Source of the DNA: Desulfobacula sp.
GTDB lineage: Bacteria; Desulfobacterota; Desulfobacteria; Desulfobacterales; Desulfobacteraceae
NCBI GenBank assembly: GCA_018702715.1
Contig: JABIYQ010000120.1
Span: 1 to 63,898 of the forward strand
DNA: 63,898 nt
Reading direction: 5' to 3'
The notes below the pieces were generated by a model. It ran no database searches. It saw only the letters and a program-made list of their open reading frames with translations, and was not told the origin of the DNA. The position numbers were made by a program, and so were the translations under genes. Of this stretch, positions 1 to 9,000 are shown piece by piece; the first letter of the stretch is position 1; each line of letters starts with the position of its first letter.

Positions 1-1
1 C

Positions 2-238
2 AAACCTTTTTTATCCTGTTTGGAAAAAATGAAAATTAGGGCGTCCCAGGCGATATATGTGGGAGACGATTTACAAAAGGATGTCCTTGGAGCAGGTGAT
101 GTCGGAATGAATCCTGTATGGCTCAAACACTTTTCTGTGAAACGGTCCTGGCCTGATCCGGAAACGAATACAGGGTTTCGCATCATAACCGATCTGAATG
201 AATTGCTTGAAATTGATGAAACCAGGCCATATCTGTGA
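2..238 (+). CDS. HAD-superfamily hydrolase, C-terminal part (gene starts before the window)
   Basis: Frame is open from base 2 (KPFLSCLEKM...); HAD motif IV 'YVGDDLQKDVLGAGDVGM' followed by 'PVWL' and 'ITDLNELL' tail. Confidence 0.85.
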   Translation, partial: KPFLSCLEKMKIRASQAIYVGDDLQKDVLGAGDVGMNPVWLKHFSVKRSWPDPETNTGFRIITDLNELLEIDETRPYL

Positions 239-825
239 CTAACGCATCCCTTCTCCCACAAAATCATGCTCTTATTTATAAAAAATTGCTGGCTTGCGTA
301 AAAGCATTTGAATTTGAAAATGCTTTAAAAATTTGTATGCAGTATCATATAATACCGAGTTTGGCAGATATGGAAAGGCTTATTGATGACCTTGTTGCGC
401 AAAGAGAATCAAGGGTTAAGGGTCACCCTACCCATAAGCTTGATACACGGATAAGGGCTTTAAAAAGATTTCGTGATCATGGATGTGATCCTGGGCAGAT
501 AATTGAAAAAACAACACTGGAGCAAGGATATAACGGCAAGATATTAATTGTGGCGATTATGGGTGGCGTTATAGACAGGTTGACCTGCCTGCGATCCGGG
601 GATCTCTGGCATAGGGAAATTTTACAAAATACAAAAAATGAAATCAGGGATTTGGGATTTTCTAAAAGTTCTGTCTATGAACTTGGCGGGGCCAATGTCC
701 GGTTTGAAACAAATAAAGACATTGTAATATTTGGAACAAGCGATGATTTCGGTCCATGTGACAAAGTATGTGCTTCAAAGCTTATTCAACAGGTTTTTAA
801 AGATAGAAATATTATAGTTGATTAA
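235..825 (+). CDS. Hypothetical protein with C-terminal PHPT1/Janus-Ocnus-like (phosphohistidine phosphatase-like) domain
   Basis: GTGA overlap with the HAD stop; motif order K-ILIV...LRSG-DLWH-REI...ELGGA-N-V...IVIFGTS-DDFGP parallels PHPT1 K-YVLI...VRG...YH-ADI...CLGGGRI...IHVYGYS-MAYGP (from memory). Confidence 0.7.
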   Translation: MTNASLLPQNHALIYKKLLACVKAFEFENALKICMQYHIIPSLADMERLIDDLVAQRESRVKGHPTHKLDTRIRALKRFRDHGCDPGQIIEKTTLEQGYNGKILIVAIMGGVIDRLTCLRSGDLWHREILQNTKNEIRDLGFSKSSVYELGGANVRFETNKDIVIFGTSDDFGPCDKVCASKLIQQVFKDRNIIVD

Positions 826-846
826 CTGAAATTTTGGGGGAAGTAG

Positions 847-2067
847 TTGACCAAAGAGAAATTTAAAATTCTATTTTACTGCTGGTTCATATATGGTTTC
901 TTTTACCTGAACCGATTAAATCTTTCTCCAGTTATTCCGCTGATCATGTCAGATCTTAATATTTCCCATGCCCGTATCGGCCTTATAGGAGCTTCGTTTT
1001 ATGTTTTCTATACACTGGCCCAGCTTCCTGCCGGCTACCTGAGTGACCTGTTCGGTGCCAGGAAGGTTATTTTTGCAGGAGGATTGATTTCCGCTTTTTC
1101 AAATATAGTATTCAGTTTTGGCAGCGGATTATGGCATCTGGTGCCTTCTCAGTGCCTCAATGGTTTGGGGCAGGGATGCGGTTTTAGCCCAATTATTAAA
1201 ATCATAGACCAACACTTTTCTTTCAATCAAAGAGGGAGAGCATTGGGTCTGGTCATGACATCCACTGCTGTTTTTACAGTTGCGGCATTCTTCCTTGCCG
1301 CGTATATCGGCCAGACATTCGGCTGGCGCGCGGTTTTCTGGTCAGCACCTCTGGTTTTTATACCTGTACTCATTATTTTTAAATTAGTCATCAAAGCATC
1401 GTCTATTGACACGCCTTCCAGTACTGATGAGACGGAGTCCGACAGCCTGAAGGCAATTAAAAACAAATCTTTTGTCCAGATAAACAGCTGGGTCTTTTCA
1501 AGGAAAATGTGTTTTTTAGATTTGGGTTTTTTTTGCCTGTGTTATATCACATCCAGTAATTTGATCTGGCTGCCTTCCTTTTTGTTTGAAAGTTATGATA
1601 TGTCTTTGGTTCAAGCAGGTTTCTTTGCAGCACTTTACCCCCTGTCAGGAATTATTTCCAGGCCTTTGGGAGGGTATATTTCCGATGTGTTTTTCAAGGG
1701 GAAAAGAAAACAGACCATCTTGATCGGGTTGTTTATTATCTTAATATCCACATTGCTACTATTCCGGATTGAGGATTTTAGTATCAATATATATTTTATA
1801 ATTTTAATAGGCTTTTTTGATAATTTAATAGGCCCTCTGTTTTTTGCCTGGATGCTGGATCTGGTACCGAAGAATAAAAGTGGGAGCGGTGCAGGGGTAC
1901 TTCAGTTTTTCGGGCATATTGGGACTATTCTATCAATATATTTTTCAGGTATTGCAGTGGATTTCTTTCATTCATATCGGCCGTTTTTTATGATCATGTC
2001 GGCCATTTCAATTTTAGGAATCATATCTATATGGTTAATTGCTGAATCCGAAGAAAAAAGTCCATAA
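847..2067 (+). CDS. MFS transporter, GlpT/UhpT (organophosphate:Pi antiporter)-like
   Basis: About 12 hydrophobic segments; 'FYLNRLNLS' TM1 Arg motif; MFS loops 'GYLSDLFGARK' and 'GGYISDVFFKGKRK'. Confidence 0.8.
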   Translation: MTKEKFKILFYCWFIYGFFYLNRLNLSPVIPLIMSDLNISHARIGLIGASFYVFYTLAQLPAGYLSDLFGARKVIFAGGLISAFSNIVFSFGSGLWHLVPSQCLNGLGQGCGFSPIIKIIDQHFSFNQRGRALGLVMTSTAVFTVAAFFLAAYIGQTFGWRAVFWSAPLVFIPVLIIFKLVIKASSIDTPSSTDETESDSLKAIKNKSFVQINSWVFSRKMCFLDLGFFCLCYITSSNLIWLPSFLFESYDMSLVQAGFFAALYPLSGIISRPLGGYISDVFFKGKRKQTILIGLFIILISTLLLFRIEDFSINIYFIILIGFFDNLIGPLFFAWMLDLVPKNKSGSGAGVLQFFGHIGTILSIYFSGIAVDFFHSYRPFFMIMSAISILGIISIWLIAESEEKSP

Positions 2068-2121
2068 AAGAAATTGTTTTGGCGCAATCCTATACTTCCC
2101 TTGTGGGTGTCGGAGTTAAAA

Positions 2122-2155
2122 CAGTTGGCATTAAACCCCTTTAAATGCTAACTGA
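2122..2155. terminator. Imperfect hairpin between convergent MFS and lysR genes
   Basis: CAGTTGGCATTAAA-cccc-TTTAAATGCTAACTG. Confidence 0.45.
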
Positions 2156-2169
2156 GCACAGGGCAGGGG

Positions 2170-3090
2170 CTAATTAATTATTTTATCTTTAATTGAACGG
2201 TGATATTCAAGTGCCCATTGATCAACCTTTTTAATCAATTGTTTGAGCACTTCAGAGAAATATTTGTCTTTATGATGCACAATATAAAATTTGTGCGTGA
2301 TCGGCGGCCCTGGGAACGGCAGCACAGAAAGTTTTTTTTGTTGGATATGACCATAAACAGTATTCCTTGAAACCAGTGCAATGCCAAGACCGTCTTCTAC
2401 AGCTTTTTTGATGGCCCTGTTGCTTGAAAGTTCAAGTGAGACAACAATATCCACTTTATTTTTTCTTAAAAAATCATGTGTGATCTGAAAGGAAAGGGAC
2501 CCTTTTTCATGAATAATCATGGATTGTCCTGAAAGATCCATATAGGTTAACCTTTTTTTCTTTACAAGGGGATGGGATGGTGAAGCAACAAAAATCATAT
2601 GATCTTCAAGGATTTCACGGCAAATTACTTTTTCGTTTTTTATGGGATAGGATATAAACCCGATATCATTATTCAGGTTGGCAACATTTTCCACAACAAG
2701 GTTGGAGGGTAAGATGTTTACTGAAAAGCGTACATTGGGATGTCCTTTGCTTACCGGGTTCAATATTGGCGGCAGATAATAAGCTCCAAAACTCTCGCTT
2801 GCATCAATACGGATATGGCCCTGCTTTTGCTGTAAGAATTCCCTGATCGTAGCCTCGGCATGGATTTCAAGATCAAATATTTTTTCAGCAATTTTATGTA
2901 ATGCAATGCCGGCATCCGTTAAAACCAGCTTTTTACCGAATCGGTTAAAAAACTTTATGTCATAGTATTCCTGGAGACGCTGAATACCTTTTGTTATGGC
3001 CGGTTGGGTAACATTGAGTTCTTCTGCAGCTTTGCTTAAAGACCCCATTTTGCTTGAAAGGTAAAAAATTTTAAGTTGACCAAGATTCAT
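2170..3090 (-). CDS. LysR-family regulator (CysL/CmpR-like), lysR1
   Basis: HTH 'SLSKAAEELNVTQPAITKGIQRLQE', 'LTDAG', substrate-binding domain 'SNRAIKKAVEDGLGIALVS'. Confidence 0.95.
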   Translation of the reverse strand: MNLGQLKIFYLSSKMGSLSKAAEELNVTQPAITKGIQRLQEYYDIKFFNRFGKKLVLTDAGIALHKIAEKIFDLEIHAEATIREFLQQKQGHIRIDASESFGAYYLPPILNPVSKGHPNVRFSVNILPSNLVVENVANLNNDIGFISYPIKNEKVICREILEDHMIFVASPSHPLVKKKRLTYMDLSGQSMIIHEKGSLSFQITHDFLRKNKVDIVVSLELSSNRAIKKAVEDGLGIALVSRNTVYGHIQQKKLSVLPFPGPPITHKFYIVHHKDKYFSEVLKQLIKKVDQWALEYHRSIKDKIIN

Positions 3091-3197
3091 ATCAATAACT
3101 CATTATTATGAAAAATTAATTTATCATGACAAAATTATATACACTTCATAAAATATCAATTCAAGTTTTTTTATTGTTTTGCAGGATCTTGCTAATT
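3071..3197. repeat. Degenerate direct repeat, copy 1 (lysR1 start plus upstream region); copy 2 at 13694-13822
   Basis: TTAAGTTGACCAAGATTCATAT...ATGAAAAATTAA...ATGACAAA...TATACACT...AATATCAATTCAAG...TTTATTGTTTTGC is shared between both loci. Confidence 0.9.
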
Positions 3198-3248
3198 GGA
3201 GTTCACCGCATTAATCGGGGAAATTTGCGGTAATTTAAGATAAAGGTT

Positions 3249-3347
3249 TTATGGGTTATTGATCAGATTAATAAATCGCTTGAGTGGTCCAAAAATATGT
3301 TTTTCTCTGTGATGGATCATGTAAAATGTTATGGGCATGGTCACTGA
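3249..3347 (-). pseudogene. 3' relic of a lysR2 paralog with an internal in-frame deletion
   Basis: Translates SVTMPITF|YMIHHREKHIFGPLKRFINLINNP*, versus lysR2 SVTMPITF...TFYMIHHMEKHISEPLKQFMNLIQQQ*. Confidence 0.9.
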
Positions 3348-3429
3348 ACCTACTGTGGACTCCGTCGTTTGGACAGTTAGATACCTCAGTTGCATGTATG
3401 CATGGACGAATCCCCAAAGTAGTTGATAA

Positions 3430-4530
3430 CTAAGGAAAAACAGCTACTCTGATATGCTCACCTGAAGCTGCGGCCCGAAGCCCTTGATTGATATCGTCCA
3501 ATGTCACATGGTGTGAAACGAGTGATTTAAAGGGGAATTCTCCACATGTTTTAGACAGAAAATCGACTCCCATTTGTAAATGTTTTGTATCATAGTTATG
3601 AACACCCATTACATTGAGCATTCTTAAAACAATATCTCCTGCGTCATAATCAAAATCAGCACCTTTAAAAACGATTCCAACCAATGCATAGCGCCCCCCA
3701 ATTCTCAGGGATTTTAAACCCAAAGGTATAATTGATGGCAGTCCAGCCGCTTCAATGGCGCAATCCACACCATGGCCATGGGTTAAAGACAAAATTGTAT
3801 CAATTATTTCACTATTTTCCATGTTTTTGGTATTGATGGTTTTTGTAGCACCAAATTTTTTGATTGCATCCAGCCTGTGATCAAGAATATCCGTTACAAT
3901 GATTTGATTGCACCCATAATAATTGGCCAGTGCGGATGCATAAAAGCCCAAAGCCCCGGCGCCTTGGATCAAAATATTTTCAAGAGGCTGAATTTTTAAT
4001 GCCTCCAAAGCTGCTACTGCAGTTGCCAGTGTGCAATTTGCAGGGGCAACTTCTTCATCGGAAAGGTTTTCAGGTATTTTGACAACACATGTTCCCGGTG
4101 TGATATAACAATGTTCAGCAAAACCACCTGCTAAATGAGGCGGATTTGCACAAGAATCATGCCCGTATTTGCGAAGGCTGCGGCATTTCATCATCAGTCC
4201 TTTTTCTCGGCAAAAGAAACATTTTCCGCAATTATCCATAATTGTCCATGTGATACGGTCACCTACATTCAAGAGCTGATCTCCGGAATCATGGGTCACC
4301 CCATGGCCAAGCTCTACAATTTTACCAATAATTTCATGGCCAAGAATTATGGGAACCGGGGATTTCCTCCGGCCCTGCCAGGTATGCAGATCTGAACCAC
4401 AGATAGTACAGCAGATGACTTTAACCAAAATACAGTCTTTTTCCACCTGTGGCAAAGGATATTCAATGAGTTCCAGATCCTGTTTCGGGATTTTCATTAC
4501 AGCAGCCCTGCTGGTTTGTTTCACAGTCAA
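3430..4530 (-). CDS. Zn-dependent alcohol dehydrogenase, phosphonate-catabolism-associated (TIGR03366/HpnZ-like)
   Basis: ICGSDLH, GHE, structural Zn CGKCFFC...C, family-typical 'KCRSLRKYGH' and 'APANCTLAT', GAGALG; last gene of the phnDCEE operon. Confidence 0.85.
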   Translation of the reverse strand: MTVKQTSRAAVMKIPKQDLELIEYPLPQVEKDCILVKVICCTICGSDLHTWQGRRKSPVPIILGHEIIGKIVELGHGVTHDSGDQLLNVGDRITWTIMDNCGKCFFCREKGLMMKCRSLRKYGHDSCANPPHLAGGFAEHCYITPGTCVVKIPENLSDEEVAPANCTLATAVAALEALKIQPLENILIQGAGALGFYASALANYYGCNQIIVTDILDHRLDAIKKFGATKTINTKNMENSEIIDTILSLTHGHGVDCAIEAAGLPSIIPLGLKSLRIGGRYALVGIVFKGADFDYDAGDIVLRMLNVMGVHNYDTKHLQMGVDFLSKTCGEFPFKSLVSHHVTLDDINQGLRAAASGEHIRVAVFP

Positions 4531-4635
4531 CCATCCTTTACTTACTATTTTTTTGGATAAAATATGTTTTAATTATTAATTCAAGGGGGTAATCAAAATA
4601 ATCATACCAATTTTAAATGAATAGTGATCCTTTCT

Positions 4636-5496
4636 TTATCCCATTTTGGCACCGACTCTTTGCCTGGCCCAGGCCGAAGCTACTTCAGAAATAATAACCA
4701 ATGCTATAATAGATAAAAGTATTGCCGCCACCCGGTTGCTTTCTATCTGCTGAACAGTCCTTCGAAGATACCATCCCATGCCTCCGGCACCGAAGAACCC
4801 GACTACTGTAGCAGCCCTGAAAGCTGTGTCCCAGGTATAAATAGATATCCCGGTCCAGGCGACCTTAACCTGGGGCAATACTGCATAGACAAATACCTGC
4901 AGAGAGTTTGCCCCTGTAGCTTGAATCGCCTCAACCTGACCAATGGAAATGTCTTCAATTTCTTCTGAGAACAATTTGCCCGCAAATCCAATACTGAACA
5001 GGGTAAGTGCCAAAACCCCGGGCAACATGCCGAATCCGATAATGGTCACAAAAAGAATGGTCCATATCATTTCATGCACGGAGCGACAAAGTATGAGAAA
5101 AAAGCGGGCTGCAGGATATAAAAAGCGTTTATTGGGGGACATGTTATAGGAGGCAAACCAGGAAAGCGGTATGGAAAAAAGGATACCGAAAAGAGCTCCC
5201 AGATATGCCATTTTAATGGTTTCAATGACATAATGGAGATATTCACTGTCTAAAATATAGTCTATGTCCACCGGATAGTATCGGTTGGCAAACAGGTCTG
5301 CGATCCTCGGAAACAGCTCCAGCAAACGTTCCAGATGGATATTCAGGTATTTAATGGAAACTGTAATGAAAATCAGGATACCCATCAGGACAATATACTT
5401 GATCAAAGATTGTGGATATTTGAATCGTTTCCAGGTTAATGTTCCACCGCTGGTTGTTGAAATGGTTGTGGCTGACATCGAAATACTTCCTTTCAC
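4636..5496 (-). CDS. phnE: Phosphonate ABC transporter permease
   Basis: 'RSVHEMIW', 'GKLFSEEIEDI', EAA loop 'EAIQATGAN', 'GAGGMG'. Confidence 0.93.
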   Translation of the reverse strand: MKGSISMSATTISTTSGGTLTWKRFKYPQSLIKYIVLMGILIFITVSIKYLNIHLERLLELFPRIADLFANRYYPVDIDYILDSEYLHYVIETIKMAYLGALFGILFSIPLSWFASYNMSPNKRFLYPAARFFLILCRSVHEMIWTILFVTIIGFGMLPGVLALTLFSIGFAGKLFSEEIEDISIGQVEAIQATGANSLQVFVYAVLPQVKVAWTGISIYTWDTAFRAATVVGFFGAGGMGWYLRRTVQQIESNRVAAILLSIIALVIISEVASAWARQRVGAKMG

Positions 5497-5509
5497 TTAT
5501 TTTCCATAA

Positions 5510-6328
5510 TTAATGAATGGCTTTACGACCGTAGTAGGAGCATACTTCACCGATGGCAATAAGAAAAATTATGGCGATAATTACCGTTGTCACGCCGCCA
5601 TAATTATACATAACCAACTGACGATGAAAGGTCAGTCCCAAGCCTCCGGCACCGACAAGACCCATGATCGTGGCCCGCCGGATATTGATATCCCATTGGA
5701 AGATGACATGACCGAGAAAGATCGGCAACACCTGAGGAACCACACCAAACAATATGACCTGCAGGCCATTACCGCCCACTGCCTTGATCGCCTCCAAAGG
5801 CCCGGGGTCAATGTCCTCAACCGCTTCAGCCGTAAGCTTTGAAATAAAGCCGATGGATCGCATGGACACGGCAAGAATGCCCGGAAAGGCGCCAAGACCC
5901 ACCGCAGATACAAAAATCAGGCCCCAGACAATCTCGTGGACCGATCGGGTCAGTGTCATAATCGCCCGTCCTATGGGGTATGCGATCAACTTTGAGGGCG
6001 TTATATTCAGGGCGGCACACCAGGCAACGGGAAGGGAGATCACCACCGCAATCATGGTACCCAGACAGGCAATCATAAAAGTTTCGATGGTCGGGCCGAG
6101 CAGATGTTTAAAAACCGATGGATCTGGTGGGAAAAAGCGGGCTACTGCCTTGAAAAGGGATGCGGGTCCGCCAACCCTTGCCCAGTCAGTGTCCTTGATA
6201 ATAGTACTTTCGATACTCCATAAAATAAGTCCGAATAATATCAGATACCCCGTATACCTGATTGCTTTGGATTTTAGTCGATTTGAAAGAATAGTGTCAA
6301 GATGCTGGTCTATATTTTCGTGGCTCAT
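5510..6328 (-). CDS. phnE: Phosphonate ABC transporter permease
   Basis: 'RSVHEIVWGL', 'KLTAEAVEDIDPGPLEAIKAVG', 'WDINIRRATIMGLVGAGGLG'. Confidence 0.93.
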   Translation of the reverse strand: MSHENIDQHLDTILSNRLKSKAIRYTGYLILFGLILWSIESTIIKDTDWARVGGPASLFKAVARFFPPDPSVFKHLLGPTIETFMIACLGTMIAVVISLPVAWCAALNITPSKLIAYPIGRAIMTLTRSVHEIVWGLIFVSAVGLGAFPGILAVSMRSIGFISKLTAEAVEDIDPGPLEAIKAVGGNGLQVILFGVVPQVLPIFLGHVIFQWDINIRRATIMGLVGAGGLGLTFHRQLVMYNYGGVTTVIIAIIFLIAIGEVCSYYGRKAIH

Positions 6329-6345
6329 ACTGCTTCCTTTATTTT

Positions 6346-7098
6346 CTACAATATTTCCATTGCATATATTTCGTCCAGGGTGGCCTTGTCCACGTCTCTG
6401 GTTGGCCCGTCAAATTTCTTGATGCCATCCTGAAGGCCGATGACCTTATTGGAAAACTCCAGTGCCAGCTGGACATCATGGATATTGCACAAGACGGGCA
6501 CATCCATATCCTGGGACATTGTTCTAATCATCCCCATGACTTCCCGTGCTATTTTGGGATCCAGACTTGATGTGGGTTCATCAACGAGCAAAATTTTGGG
6601 TTCCTGGATCAGAGCCCTGGCGATCCCCACCCGCTGCCGTTGACCACCGCTAAGTTCATCAGCCCGTTTATCCACAAAATCCCCCAGACCGACTTTATCC
6701 AGCAATTCCAGTGCCTTGCGGATTTCACGTTTGGGATACATGCGCAAAAAACTTCTAACTGTTCCCACATAGCCCAGCCGGCCGGAAAGAACATTGTCTA
6801 TCACAGACATTCTTTCCACCAGATTAAACTCCTGAAATATCATTCCCATATCTCTTCTGGCTCGGCGTAGTGCACGATTACCCATTTGGGTAATATTCTT
6901 TCCCGTCAGAAAAACCTCTCCCGAAGTAGGTTCCACCAGGCGGTTGATACAGCGTATCAATGTGGATTTACCGGCACCGCTGGGCCCGATGATAGCAAAA
7001 AAATCCCCTGGTGAAACTGACAGGCTGACTCCTTTGAGAATTTCAGGGCCAGAGCGAGAGTAGCGTATCTTTAAATCTTTAACTTCCAGTGTGGCCAT
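6346..7098 (-). CDS. phnC: Phosphonate ABC transporter ATP-binding protein
   Basis: GPSGAGKST, 'GMIFQEFNLVER', 'NVLSGRLG', LSGGQRQRVGIARAL, DEP. Confidence 0.95.
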   Translation of the reverse strand: MATLEVKDLKIRYSRSGPEILKGVSLSVSPGDFFAIIGPSGAGKSTLIRCINRLVEPTSGEVFLTGKNITQMGNRALRRARRDMGMIFQEFNLVERMSVIDNVLSGRLGYVGTVRSFLRMYPKREIRKALELLDKVGLGDFVDKRADELSGGQRQRVGIARALIQEPKILLVDEPTSSLDPKIAREVMGMIRTMSQDMDVPVLCNIHDVQLALEFSNKVIGLQDGIKKFDGPTRDVDKATLDEIYAMEIL

Positions 7099-7168
7099 TT
7101 ATTTCTCCAATCCTTCCTTAATAAAATGGTAAAAAGCGGCGTGACATCGATTTTTTAATGACTATCTG

Positions 7169-8092
7169 CTAATCTTTCTTTTTTTTCTTTGCATCTTTGG
7201 CTTTTTTAAGATCACGAATAACATCATAGTCTGCAGATGTCATCTTAACGAATTTATTGGAGTTGACGTTTTTAAGATAAGCTGCGCAGGATGGCTGAGT
7301 GTGTAGTGTCAAAAACGTTTCTGCAATCTTTTTCTTCAGCTCCGGACACAGGGATTTACGATAACAGAAAGGATCCTGTGGGATTGCCGGCGAAAACCAA
7401 AGGTAATTGAAATCCTCTTTTTTCACCATACCTCGTTCTATAACATTATCAAACCTATGTGTCGCAACAAAGGCGGCATCCACTTTTCCATCGTAAACCG
7501 CCATTGTCGAAAGATCATGCCCGCCTGTATACACGACTTTTTTGAAATAGCTTTCCAGAGTTGTATTGATAGTTTTTGTAAACACCACCCTGGGAACCAG
7601 GTTCCCGGATGTACTGGCCGGATCAGTGAGCCCGATAACCGCCCCTTTCAGTGATTCGATAGTGTCAAACTCACTGCCTTTGCGGGTAATCAGACAGGCC
7701 TTGTAACCAGGGCCCTCTTCCTGAATATGTCCAGGTTTCTTGGCATAGGTGGCAAAGACGTCGATATCCGGGTCCTTGGCATTGGCTAAAACATAGGAAT
7801 AGGGTCCATGTACTGCAACATCTACCCATTTGCCGATCATGGCTTCAACAACAGTAGCATAGGATGTGGGCATATAAAATTCGACTTTTTTTCCTGTCAT
7901 TTTGGCAAGATAATCAATAACCGGTTTATAAATTGTCAATTCCTGAATAGTTTCTTCGGTGGGAATTATTGAGAATGTAATTGAATCTGGGTCCTCGCAC
8001 CCGGCGGCTTGAGCACTGCCGGATACAGAAAACATTATAAAAAAACTCAAGAAAAGGGTCATAGCCATGAAAAAGTTTCTATTCTTATACAT
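7169..8092 (-). CDS. phnD: Phosphonate ABC transporter substrate-binding protein (phnD1)
   Basis: Signal peptide; 'GPYSYV', 'DPASTSG', 'GGHD', 'IPQDP'; first gene of phnDCEE. Confidence 0.93.
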   Translation of the reverse strand: MYKNRNFFMAMTLFLSFFIMFSVSGSAQAAGCEDPDSITFSIIPTEETIQELTIYKPVIDYLAKMTGKKVEFYMPTSYATVVEAMIGKWVDVAVHGPYSYVLANAKDPDIDVFATYAKKPGHIQEEGPGYKACLITRKGSEFDTIESLKGAVIGLTDPASTSGNLVPRVVFTKTINTTLESYFKKVVYTGGHDLSTMAVYDGKVDAAFVATHRFDNVIERGMVKKEDFNYLWFSPAIPQDPFCYRKSLCPELKKKIAETFLTLHTQPSCAAYLKNVNSNKFVKMTSADYDVIRDLKKAKDAKKKKKD

Positions 8093-8264
8093 TTTTTTCT
8101 CCTGTTATTGGTTAATATTGTTTGAACCAGATATACTGCCGTTTTTTTTATACACCCCCTTTCAATGAAAAAATGTTTAACAAGTTTCCAAGATAAAAAA
8201 TTTTATATTGGAAATATGGATATCCACAGGTGTTAGGGTGTAACAATATCGAATCGATAATACA

Positions 8265-8306
8265 ATGCGTGAATCTACGTAAATTAGCATGGGTAGAATT
8301 ACCCAG
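8265..8306. promoter_or_regulatory. Two tandem inverted repeats, candidate NarL-family regulator sites upstream of phnD1
   Basis: ATGCGTG-AATC-TACGTAA (8265-8282) and ATGGGTA-GAAT-TACCCAG (8289-8306); half-sites resemble the TACYNMT heptamer. Confidence 0.55.
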
Positions 8307-8340
8307 TTTTGATCCAGATGGCTTGAATTAAAAGATCTAC

Positions 8341-9000
8341 TTACAGATTTGAAATAGATGTATATTTTTTCCGAATGGCATACTTAACAATATCTGCCGT
8401 TGTTTTCAAGTTCTTTATTGCCATAATATTTGCCCGGTGTTTTTCAACGGTTCTGACACTTAAAAACAATAGCCTGGCAATTTCATTGTTTGTTTCTCCT
8501 TGAGAGATGAGTGTGAGTACTTCCCGTTGGCGGTTAGTGAGTGTTTGTGGTTTCGAAATCTGGTCACCATGACATTTTTTAATGAAATTTAAAGTCAAGT
8601 CCTTGGTAAATGTTTTTGATATATATATACCGCCATTAATCACCGTTTTTATTGCCGCAAAAAGTTCGGCCCCGGCATCTTGTTTTAGTACATATCCGTC
8701 TGCTCCTGCTGAAATGGAATGTTGAAGATATTCCATATTATTATGCATAGTAAGAATGATAACTTTTACAGCAGGGTCGATCTGTTTTATTTCCCGGGTT
8801 GCCTCTATTCCACGAATTTTAGGCATGGAAATGTCTAAAAGGACGAGGTTAGGAGACATTTCATCGATCATTTGCAAAAGCTCAAATCCGTCATTTGCCT
8901 CGCCGATAACTTTTATATAATCAATATCTTCAAGTATTTTTGTCATGCCAAGGCGAAACATTATATGATCATCAGCAAGCAATGTTCGATAGATTTTCAC
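8341..9000 (-). CDS. NarL/LuxR-family response regulator
   Basis: 'LADDH', 'LLDISMP', 'ILTMH', HTH 'LTNRQREVL...EIARLLFLSVRTVEKHRANI'. Confidence 0.95.
   Translation of the reverse strand: MKIYRTLLADDHIMFRLGMTKILEDIDYIKVIGEANDGFELLQMIDEMSPNLVLLDISMPKIRGIEATREIKQIDPAVKVIILTMHNNMEYLQHSISAGADGYVLKQDAGAELFAAIKTVINGGIYISKTFTKDLTLNFIKKCHGDQISKPQTLTNRQREVLTLISQGETNNEIARLLFLSVRTVEKHRANIMAIKNLKTTADIVKYAIRKKYTSISNL

Noticed and set aside
2-238. HAD as phosphonatase PhnX
   Set aside because: Only motif IV is visible and it looks like a generic subfamily IA HAD; the cap domain with the Schiff-base Lys is outside the window.
847-3090. Dissimilatory phosphite oxidation (ptx-ptd) cluster, suggested by an OPA-type MFS plus LysR near P genes
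   Set aside because: No ptxD-like dehydrogenase, PtdF/ApdA-like protein or radical SAM gene in the window; upstream sequence would be needed to exclude it fully.
5754-6422. Long antisense ORFs (e.g. 5754-6422, 29633-30151, 45897-46721, 54613-55428, 59800-60510)
   Set aside because: Shadows of well-supported genes on the opposite strand, with no recognisable motifs.
4636-8092. C-P lyase pathway
   Set aside because: phnCDE present but no phnGHIJKLM; the hydrolytic phnA is present instead.
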